From a virus (lineage: Duplodnaviria > Heunggongvirae > Uroviricota > Caudoviricetes), in the IMG/VR virus record IMGVR_UViG_3300033075_001617, positions 1 to 13,559 of that record: a stretch of 13,559 nucleotides of DNA; one strand, written 5' to 3'. Positions 7,152-13,559 of this stretch are shown here, piece by piece. Under the pieces are notes generated by a model. It was given only the letters and a program-made list of their open reading frames with translations, ran no database searches and was not told the origin of the DNA. The position numbers and the translations under genes were made by a program. Within the stretch, counting starts at the first letter, position 1, and every line of letters begins with the position of its first letter.

Positions 7152-8759
7152 TTAGTCCTCCAGTAGCTCGAAGTCGGTGCGACGATACTCCTCGTTGTCG
7201 CCCTCCACACCGTTGGCGATGGCATCCTTCGGGCCGTTTCCGATCACGATGAAACGATTCGGGTCGCAGTCGTATTCCTCTTCGAGGTAGTCCGCCACGG
7301 CCTGAGCGCGTCGCTTGGAGAGCTTCCGGTTGGCCTCCTCACTACCGGTGTTGTCGGTGTTACCGACGATGCGGATACGCGCACTTGCGTTTGTCTTCAC
7401 CGCATCACCGAACTGGCGCTTGATGATGTTCTTGGCCTTGTCATCAAGCTTGTAATTGCCCGTGGCAAAGTTCACCGTCACCGAAAGGTGTGTCAGGGCC
7501 GGTTCCTCGATCGTCTGGGAGGTCGCTGGGGTGAACTCCTTGCGCCCTTCCGCCTTGTGTTCGTCGCCTTTGAGGCGTTCGGCCACCTTGTCGATGATAC
7601 GGCTATCGAATACGGTGCTCCATGCGGGGGGCTCATTGGTGATGTCACCGCTTGCCATATACATGGCACCGAACTTCGAGTAGATTTCCTTGGCCTTCAT
7701 TCCCTTGAAGGACTTGTTCATTCCGAACAGGTTCAGGTTATCACCGATGGTGAGGAAGCGTCCGTTGTCCATGTCAGCCATGGCCGTTGCTTCATCGGGC
7801 CACTTCATGTACTTGACCAAGGCTTTGGCCAAGCGCTCGCGAGCGGGCCTGCCACCCGCCTTCAGTTCAGCGTTCGCCTTCATCCAGCCGGTGAAGAAGT
7901 CCACCACACGATCTTCATGTTGATCCAAATACTCCTTGCGCACCAAGAACACGTTGTAGATGAGGTTTGAGGCGGTCTTGGTGCTGATGAGCACGCGGGA
8001 GCCCTCCACGTCTTCAAGGCAGGCTGCGTCCTCCGGCTTCCACAATACGACAGCATCGGCCTTACCGCTCTTGAACACGGTGGCTGCCATGGCGGGTGTA
8101 AGCGTAGAGATGGGGTTGATGTCTTTGATGGTGAGCCCCGCCGCTTGAAGCGTATTCAAGAGGAAACTGTTGGAGGGGGTGAGCCCGGCGAACGCGACGG
8201 TCTTACCCTTGAGATCGGCAACGCTCTTGATGTCGCTCGTGACGATTATCAAGTCGGCGCCCTCACTGCAATCAGTAGCTATGACAGTCTGCGCCACTGT
8301 CGGGTCCGCCGCTAGGCCTTCCGCCTCCCCGGAGAATGAGTCGATGGTTCCCCACACCGCGTCGATGGCTCCGCTGGTGAGGGCCGCCCGCGTCTGGTTG
8401 AAGTTGTTCATGACGGTGAAATTCACCGGCAAGCCGAACTCCTTGCGGAAACGCGATCCGGGGTTGTCCTTCAGGCCGTTGTTGAAGTCCACGCACGTGA
8501 TGTACTCGGGCCAATCACAAATACCGGCATTGAAGGCTTTCTCATCGTAATTGATGGGCACCTCGGGTGCGATGCCATCGCTGCTGCTGGCGGTGGTCTG
8601 TGGCTGTTCCGTATTGGCCGTGGTAGCTGTGGCGTCCGTTGTTGCCTTGTCGGTGCCGGAGAAAGCCCAATAGGCCAGTCCGGCGATGAGCGCTCCGAAC
8701 ACCAAGAACGGAATGATCTTGGGCGTGCTCTTTTTCTGTGTGGTGTACTCCTGTTCCAT
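7152..8759 (-). CDS. Membrane-anchored SsuA/NMT1-THI5-type substrate-binding protein fused to a C-terminal OmpA-like domain
   Basis: N-terminal TM IIPFLVFGALIAGLAYWAF and a T/A/Q-rich linker. Type-2 periplasmic binding fold motifs IKSVADLKGKTVAF, GKADAVVLWKP and VFLVRKEYL. OmpA-like C-terminus VNFATG..RIRIVGNTDNTGSEEANRKLSKRRAQAVADYL..RRTDF. Confidence 0.92.
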   Translation of the reverse strand: MEQEYTTQKKSTPKIIPFLVFGALIAGLAYWAFSGTDKATTDATATTANTEQPQTTASSSDGIAPEVPINYDEKAFNAGICDWPEYITCVDFNNGLKDNPGSRFRKEFGLPVNFTVMNNFNQTRAALTSGAIDAVWGTIDSFSGEAEGLAADPTVAQTVIATDCSEGADLIIVTSDIKSVADLKGKTVAFAGLTPSNSFLLNTLQAAGLTIKDINPISTLTPAMAATVFKSGKADAVVLWKPEDAACLEDVEGSRVLISTKTASNLIYNVFLVRKEYLDQHEDRVVDFFTGWMKANAELKAGGRPARERLAKALVKYMKWPDEATAMADMDNGRFLTIGDNLNLFGMNKSFKGMKAKEIYSKFGAMYMASGDITNEPPAWSTVFDSRIIDKVAERLKGDEHKAEGRKEFTPATSQTIEEPALTHLSVTVNFATGNYKLDDKAKNIIKRQFGDAVKTNASARIRIVGNTDNTGSEEANRKLSKRRAQAVADYLEEEYDCDPNRFIVIGNGPKDAIANGVEGDNEEYRRTDFELLED

Positions 8760-8792
8760 TTTGTTGATTTTGTCGTTTGTGACGTTATTGAT

Positions 8793-8823
8793 GTTCTACG
8801 TATTTTCTACGCAGAATGTTTCA
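8793..8823 (-). promoter_or_regulatory. Bipartite promoter-like motif, copy 2 (TGAAACATT-N14-CGTAGAAC)
   Basis: Intergenic; minus strand T GAAACATT CTGCGTAGAAAATA CGTAGAAC, upstream of the binding-protein ATG at 8759. Confidence 0.65.
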
Positions 8824-8834
8824 GGTGGGCCCTA

Positions 8835-9908
8835 TTATTTCAGGTACTTGGATGCGGCTTTCTCAGCGGTGTTGGGTGTCGCAACAGGTATCGCCTCAGG
8901 TGTAACCAAGGCAGCATCCCCCTCCAGATAGGACAGGTTGTCCTGAAGCTTGGCGTCCATCTTCTGGTCCCACTCGGCCAGCAGGCGCTTGCCAGCCTCC
9001 TCGCTCAGCTTGGCGTTCACGTCATGCGTATTGAAGGCGCTCTTGAACTCATCCATCATCGCGTCGATGTCGCCCTTGTCCTCGTCGGTCCGCTTGAGCA
9101 TCAACTCGTACGAGTCATCGAACATGTCGCGGGCCGCGCTGCCACCGAAGGCCACCTCGCGTGCGTGCATGAACACGGACCTCGCCTTGGAAATGGTCTC
9201 GTGGTTGCGGATCATGCGCTCCACCTTGCTGGAGAGACGACCAACCATGGCAGCCGTGAACATTTCGGCCTTTCTCAACACTTTGAGCATCAGGTCAAGG
9301 CGACTGCTTTCGGCTTGCAGCATCTTGAGACTTGCGTCGGCATCACCAACGGAACCCGCAATGGTGGTGAGTTCTATCTTCAATTGCTGGATGATCTCCG
9401 GGTCCGTCTCGGTGGCCAACAAACTGTTGATGTCACGCCTGCGCTTGACAGCCTCGTCGATCTCTTCTCGTGTGCGGTTGATGTCCCCATCCACAGTGCC
9501 TTTGCCTTTGCTGACATCCCGGATACTTCCACGGATCAATCCGAGGCTCTCTTGCCGATCATCAATGTAGGTCCTCATGATCTGCACATAGTTCCGGCTC
9601 ACATAGCCGTTCACGATGAACGAGATCAATCCCTTGTACCAATATGACAACATGGTCCTGATCTTCGGGCGTGTCAATGTGTACACGATGAAGCCCACCA
9701 CGCCTACGATCAGCCCTGCGCGTACCAAAGCGAGCGTGAAGTCAGCGGCGCCGTTGACGAAGGCTATCAAGTACGGCCACAACCTGCTGAGGCCGATGAC
9801 TCCGGCGATGACCATGAGCCCAAGGCCGAGCTTGCCCCACATTCCTTCTTTCTTGTCCCAGAACGTCTGCTGCTTGTTGGCATCGTTCGATTGCATGAGC
9901 ATTCCCAT
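8835..9908 (-). CDS. Membrane-anchored long coiled-coil protein, PspA/IM30-like (2 N-terminal TM segments)
   Basis: Two hydrophobic segments (LGLGLMVIAGVIGL..., LALVRAGLIVGVVGFIVYTL) followed by about 230 aa of heptad-rich helix and a terminal KRLLAEWDQK helix. Double stop TAA TAG. The PspA-likeness is an architectural inference. Confidence 0.75.
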   Translation of the reverse strand: MGMLMQSNDANKQQTFWDKKEGMWGKLGLGLMVIAGVIGLSRLWPYLIAFVNGAADFTLALVRAGLIVGVVGFIVYTLTRPKIRTMLSYWYKGLISFIVNGYVSRNYVQIMRTYIDDRQESLGLIRGSIRDVSKGKGTVDGDINRTREEIDEAVKRRRDINSLLATETDPEIIQQLKIELTTIAGSVGDADASLKMLQAESSRLDLMLKVLRKAEMFTAAMVGRLSSKVERMIRNHETISKARSVFMHAREVAFGGSAARDMFDDSYELMLKRTDEDKGDIDAMMDEFKSAFNTHDVNAKLSEEAGKRLLAEWDQKMDAKLQDNLSYLEGDAALVTPEAIPVATPNTAEKAASKYLK

Positions 9909-9928
9909 TTTGTACAGAGGTGTGAGTG

Positions 9929-10672
9929 TTACTTCGTGGTTGTTTCGGTGACGGGGTCGGCGGGCAAGTGCAGTTCGATGTTGTCCACCTTTTCTTGGAA
10001 GTCCTTGATGATGGACCCCATGGTGGCCAAGAAGTTCAGGCGCTGACGGTCCAGTTCGATGTTGTGCTTGGAGATCTCGTCCTCCAAGCCCGCCATGACG
10101 GTCTGCTTCTCCTTGATCTTGCGCTCCAGTTCGGCGCGCTGTGCATCCAGTTCGGCGACCTCTTTGGAGATGGCCTCGTAGTCCTTGCGCTTTGTACCCA
10201 CACGCTCGTCGACGAGGGTCTGGAAAGATACCTCGAAGTCGGTCTGCTCATCGATCAACAACTTGATGTAGTGCCGACCCGACTCCAACAAGGTCTTCTT
10301 GATCGCGGGGTCCTTCTTGCTGAGGCGCTTGATGGTGTTGTAGGCGTTGGTGTATTTGTCCACCGTGCGGACAGTCCCGTCACCATCCAGCAGGTCGTTG
10401 AACTCCTTGAAGTCGTAACCATCGATGTTCCCTTCCTCAATGAGGTTCAGGAGTTGCGCACGCAGGGTATCGTCAACGATGCCCGATTTTGGTGAGACCA
10501 AATCCTGTGCAGGAACGATAGGGGAGGGCGCTGGGCCTGCGGCGGCGGCGGGTGCTGACTGCTGGACCGGGACCTTCACCTCCACCTCATTGAAAAAGGT
10601 GTTGCGCAGGAACGAGCCTATCTTGCTCAGGCCTTGTCCCTTCTCTTCTTTTTTGACTACGGTTGTTGCCAT
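9929..10672 (-). CDS. Soluble coiled-coil protein with an N-terminal amphipathic helix
   Basis: GLSKIGSFLRNTFF amphipathic segment, Pro/Ala linker, helical core (GYDFKEF..Y..L..E..DF) and a long C-terminal coiled coil (EVAELDAQRAELERKIKEKQ..). Confidence 0.85.
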   Translation of the reverse strand: MATTVVKKEEKGQGLSKIGSFLRNTFFNEVEVKVPVQQSAPAAAAGPAPSPIVPAQDLVSPKSGIVDDTLRAQLLNLIEEGNIDGYDFKEFNDLLDGDGTVRTVDKYTNAYNTIKRLSKKDPAIKKTLLESGRHYIKLLIDEQTDFEVSFQTLVDERVGTKRKDYEAISKEVAELDAQRAELERKIKEKQTVMAGLEDEISKHNIELDRQRLNFLATMGSIIKDFQEKVDNIELHLPADPVTETTTK

Positions 10673-10692
10673 TTGGTTTTGGAGTTGTGAGC

Positions 10693-10723
10693 GTTCTACG
10701 ATCGAACTGGTCGAATTGTTTCA
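10693..10723 (-). promoter_or_regulatory. Bipartite promoter-like motif, copy 3 (TGAAACAAT-N14-CGTAGAAC)
   Basis: Minus strand T GAAACAAT TCGACCAGTTCGAT CGTAGAAC. The TGA is also the DUF3228 stop codon; lies upstream of ATG 10672. Confidence 0.65.
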
Positions 10724-11329
10724 CCGCACCATGGCGTGGGTGTTCCAATACCCGCAGGCGGCAATGTAGTCGGCTTTGTCCAGCGGCACCCCATTGCCGC
10801 CTTCTTCTATCCCCAAGGCGTTGCGCATCATGGTGATGGGAGGCATTGGAGGCACCTCCACGCTGTCCAAGGCGAACACCGCGATGACGCTCCAATCGTT
10901 GTCTGGCACTGCCGCCCGCTCCTCGTCGGTCTTGGCCTCCAGCAAAAGCTGCTCGCGGCTGTAGAGCACCAACATCAGTACGTTCGCTGGCGGCTGGGGG
11001 CAGGGAAAGGAGAAGTAGCGGATGAGCACCGGAAGCTCCGAATCGCGCCGCGCCTCGTATTCACTGCGCAACCACTGCGCGTTGCTGTTGTCGATCCTCA
11101 TGTTGGAGAGAGGAGCGCTGGTGAAGTTGCCGATGAAAAGATAGCGGCAGAACGGCATCTTGCTCGGCAGCACGCTACAGACGGACGTGGATGGGGCGCT
11201 CAAGTCCTCGTTGATGTACTTGAGAAAGGAATCAACGGTCAGATCGAACATCGGCTTGCTATTGCCGCCGCCGATGAAGCTCTTCTTGACGAAATCGGCC
11301 GCGCCGATAGAGGTAATGCCGTTTTCCAT
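10721..11329 (-). CDS. DUF3228 family protein
   Basis: Characteristic blocks PFCRYLFIGNFT, LRSEYEARRDSELPVL, LYSREQL, PMPPITMMRNALGIEEGGNGVPLD and YWNTHA. ATG 11329 is preferred because the GTG at 11353 lies inside promoter motifs. Confidence 0.85.
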   Translation of the reverse strand: MENGITSIGAADFVKKSFIGGGNSKPMFDLTVDSFLKYINEDLSAPSTSVCSVLPSKMPFCRYLFIGNFTSAPLSNMRIDNSNAQWLRSEYEARRDSELPVLIRYFSFPCPQPPANVLMLVLYSREQLLLEAKTDEERAAVPDNDWSVIAVFALDSVEVPPMPPITMMRNALGIEEGGNGVPLDKADYIAACGYWNTHAMVR

Positions 11330-11335
11330 AGGGGT

Positions 11336-11366
11336 CAAAGATAAGTGCTGCACTTATACGACCCAA
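11336..11366 (-). promoter_or_regulatory. Bacteroidota-type promoter (-33 TTG / -7 TATCTTTG)
   Basis: TTG(11366-11364)-N20-TATCTTTG(11343-11336), 6 nt before ATG 11329. Confidence 0.5.
11341..11357. repeat. Perfect 8-1-8 palindrome (operator-like)
   Basis: ATAAGTGC-T-GCACTTAT, overlapping both promoter-like elements upstream of DUF3228. Confidence 0.6.
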
Positions 11367-11382
11367 CACAAGAAATTGTTTC
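11353..11382 (-). promoter_or_regulatory. Bipartite promoter-like motif, copy 4 (GAAACAAT-N14-CGTATAAG)
   Basis: Minus strand GAAACAAT TTCTTGTGTTGGGT CGTATAAG TG; shares the 11-mer TCGTATAAGTG with copy 1. Confidence 0.65.
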
Positions 11383-11703
11383 TTACTGAACGTAGTAGCC
11401 TACCTCTCCCTCTTCGTTCTGGTCCAGTATCTGTGGAAGGCTGTAGAAGTTGGGACCATGGTGCAAGGTATTGGCGGACACGAATATGTCATGCTCCGTG
11501 TTCATGCGATCCTTGACCCGGCACATCCAACCGCCCTCGGCCCAGCGAGCGTCATCCAAGGCTATCACCTCGATGTTGCCCCAATTGTGGTGGCACTCGT
11601 AGAACCTGTCCCCTTTCTTCACGTTGGCCACATTGATCAAGCCATCCTTGGCGTCTTGATCCTGTAAGCCCAAATGCTTCGGACGAATGAAATCCCTCAT
11701 CAT
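11383..11703 (-). CDS. Hypothetical protein, 106 aa (beta-rich, possibly SH3-like)
   Basis: In the minus-strand chain. VKKGDRFYE..IEVIAL..GWMCRVKD is suggestive of a small beta-barrel; fold unverified. Confidence 0.75.
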   Translation of the reverse strand: MMRDFIRPKHLGLQDQDAKDGLINVANVKKGDRFYECHHNWGNIEVIALDDARWAEGGWMCRVKDRMNTEHDIFVSANTLHHGPNFYSLPQILDQNEEGEVGYYVQ

Positions 11704-11832
11704 GGCTAGAACGAATTTTATGTTCGACTTCCTGTCTCATGCAACATGCTCCTTCCTCATATCTAAATATGAGTGAAAGACCGCAGAAACAACGGCTATC
11801 GAACCGAAAGAAGAAACGGTTTTTCCCGGTAT

Positions 11833-11901
11833 TTACCCCGTCTTCTTTTTCGTCTCCCGCAGGCCACGAATGGTGTTCATGTAGTCCTCATCGCCAGAGC
11901 T
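11833..11901 (-). pseudogene. Possible orphaned 3' end of the RNA ligase gene (SSGDEDYMNTIRGLRETKKKTG*)
   Basis: GC3-rich codon-like run ending in TAA, truncated upstream by a TGA at the edge of the AT-rich endonuclease leader. YMNTIRGLR aligns with the ligase terminus YWNAINTMR. Confidence 0.35.
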
Positions 11902-11957
11902 TCACTTTTCCAATCTATGTATGTATAGTTATGAACATCACTTAACCTCCATACTAC

Positions 11958-12914
11958 ATGTGGCAACCAGTTCAGCTAGAAAACCCGTGCAAGATATGCA
12001 ATGGACCCATCATCGCCAAAAGAAAGCGCGACTTAGGTAAAGAGGTCTGCGGAAGAGCGTGCGCTGGACGGTTCTATGTTGCCAAGGCCAAAGTCTACGT
12101 TCAATGCCTTCACTGCAAAAAGGAGTTCCTAAGGACATGCAGAACGCAGAACAAGTATTGTTCCAAGAAGTGCTGTGCCCAAACCAAGGTGAAAGTACAC
12201 AAAAGACGGTGCGCTAGATGCAAAAAAGAGTTCACTCTCCAAAACATAGCGTATGAAAGGAGGGGCGGTGGCAAATTTTGCTCTCAAGAGTGTGGAGCAA
12301 AGACTTACCACTGGGATGAGTCATACTTTGAACTCATAGACACAGAACAGAAAGCCTATTGGCTTGGTTTCATAGCTGCCGATGGGTGTGTGGATCGCAA
12401 GGAGTTGCGACTTCATCTATCAGAAAGAGACGTAGAACATATGAAAGAATTCAAGTCGGCCATTCTATCAACCCATCCCATCCATTATACAGCCAACAAG
12501 TCTGTAACATTCATCATCGGCAACAAAAAAATAGTGAAGGACCTGAACTCAGTCGGCATAGCTCACCGTAAGACGTTCACCTTGGAATACCCATCCATAT
12601 CCAAGCGACTGAACCGTCACTTCATTCGTGGTGTATTCGATGGTGACGGTTGCATAACAAACGTTAAAAACAGACACAGTAAACGATGGTCTATCTATAC
12701 AGCCTCAGCAAAGTTCAAAGACCAACTAATCAATGTCATAGAGCATGAAACTGGTGTGACGCCCAGCGTCTATGCTCAACACAAAGGTCACCACATAATG
12801 GTGAACACCAAGGCCGGAATACAGACCCTTGAAAAATACCTGTACAATGGTGCAACCACGTATTTGAAAAGAAAGAGAGAGAAATTTCTCTTCCAGAAGA
12901 ACTCTACCGCTTGA
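11958..12914 (+). mobile_element. Free-standing LAGLIDADG homing endonuclease with N-terminal zinc-finger repeats
   Basis: Three CxxC..CxxxC units (CKIC..CGRAC, CLHC..CSKKC, CARC..CSQEC) and two LAGLIDADG helices (AYWLGFIAADG, HFIRGVFDGDG). The only credible plus-strand gene; about 37-43% GC in two hand-counted lines versus about 57-65% in core genes. Confidence 0.88.
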
Positions 12915-13559
12915 CCCTCATGGTGTTGATGGCGTTCCAGTAGGACGCCGCATCAGACAATGGTATTCCATTGCTATCGGCATAAGCTTTAACCTCACGT
13001 TTTAAGTACGCCCTCTTCCAATGGCGCTCCCAGTGTTCATCAGTTTTGACGTGGCCTTTCCTCACCATCTTCATGATGTTCTGCACAAAGGCGTCCACAT
13101 GAAATCCATCAACGTTCCTGAACACGATTCCTTCTCGTGAACACGGCTTGTTGTCTATAATATCATACGAACCGAACAACTCTGGCTGTGCGCCCAACTC
13201 CTTGACGTACTGCACAAGAAAAGACTCGGCAAGTCCATCCACAGACAAACGACCTAGAACCGGAACAGTCTTCAGGTCGAACACGCTGGACCACCACTCT
13301 ACCTCCTCCCAACTGAGCCATTGGTCTAAATGCCGTACGGCAAAGACGTGGAAGTACTCATCAAGGCAAGGATACTCGATTGAGTGCAAGGCATACAGGT
13401 TCTCACCAAATATCTCCACTTGGTCCTTTTTCAGATCATGAACCATCACCGCATGTTTTTGGCGTAGATAGGCACTCCAAGGCTTGTCGCTCGGGGCCGC
13501 ATGGGAGCGTGCAAACACACCAAACTCGTTCAAACACGTCCCCTCCCCATCCAACTTGC
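12904..13559 (-). CDS. RNA ligase family nucleotidyltransferase (5' end outside window)
   Basis: The frame continues to the edge as xKLDGEGT (motif I KxDG), then GVFARSH, IFGENLY, FHVFAV, EGIVFR and KMVRKGHVKTDEHW. The track's 'M' is a TTG (Leu) within KLDG. The stop overlaps the endonuclease stop by 11 nt. Confidence 0.88.
   Translation of the reverse strand, partial: KLDGEGTCLNEFGVFARSHAAPSDKPWSAYLRQKHAVMVHDLKKDQVEIFGENLYALHSIEYPCLDEYFHVFAVRHLDQWLSWEEVEWWSSVFDLKTVPVLGRLSVDGLAESFLVQYVKELGAQPELFGSYDIIDNKPCSREGIVFRNVDGFHVDAFVQNIMKMVRKGHVKTDEHWERHWKRAYLKREVKAYADSNGIPLSDAASYWNAINTMRVKR

Noticed and set aside
9909-9948. GAAACAAC upstream of the PspA-like gene as a fifth motif copy
   Set aside because: The -35-like half matches, but position +22 reads CACA, not CGTA.
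107-11667. Many long plus-strand ORFs in the track (e.g. 107-580, 3210-3836, 8950-9570, 9024-9647, 9926-10495, 10736-11344)
   Set aside because: Antisense shadows of GC3-rich minus-strand genes with recognisable domains; they have no motifs or start context of their own.
11756-11773. CTCATAT-CTAA-ATATGAG inverted repeat
   Set aside because: A 7-bp AT-rich stem with no U-tract and no shared half-site with the other palindromes; possibly regulatory but unsupported.
11739-11945. 68-aa plus-strand ORF upstream of the endonuclease
   Set aside because: No recognisable features, and it spans intergenic and remnant sequence with mixed composition.
12904-12906. TAG recoding as in some Bacteroidota phages
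   Set aside because: All long ORFs are intact in code 11 without internal TAG, and read-through of this TAG gives only antisense endonuclease sequence.
11833-12914. Group I intron in the RNA ligase carrying the endonuclease
   Set aside because: The endonuclease is antisense and overlaps the ligase stop, and only about 55 nt remain on the other side, leaving no room for a ribozyme core.
1-13559. tRNA, rRNA, CRISPR array, IS element or integrase
   Set aside because: No cloverleaf, regularly spaced repeats, transposase or terminal repeats seen; intergenic gaps are mostly too short.

Overview
The window is gene-dense and almost entirely minus-strand, in standard genetic code. It most likely comes from a large (jumbo-type) phage infecting Bacteroidota. 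Evidence: ATGA-coupled small ORFs, no Shine-Dalgarno motifs, two Bacteroidota-type TTTG/TTG-N20-21-TAnnTTTG promoters, a gp21-like ORF, an RNA ligase and a homing endonuclease. In transcription order (right to left) it contains: (1) a partial RNA ligase converging on an antisense, AT-richer zinc-finger/LAGLIDADG endonuclease, with a possible stranded ligase 3' end on the far side of the endonuclease; (2) a small hypothetical gene and a DUF3228 protein; (3) a four-gene envelope module closed by a strong terminator: soluble coiled-coil protein, 2-TM PspA-like coiled-coil protein, membrane-anchored SsuA/NMT1-type binding protein fused to an OmpA-like peptidoglycan-binding domain, and a single-chain permease-ATPase ABC fusion; (4) a second unit with an apparently inactive T4 gp21-like prohead protease homologue, an AAA+ ATPase, a protein whose N-half resembles an isolated HK97-fold capsid A-domain, a macrodomain and several hypotheticals. 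A bipartite motif GAAAMAWT-N14-CGTAKAAS, resembling ECF sigma promoters, occurs four times in intergenic DNA with identical spacing. All family calls come from motif recognition by eye; no searches were run.
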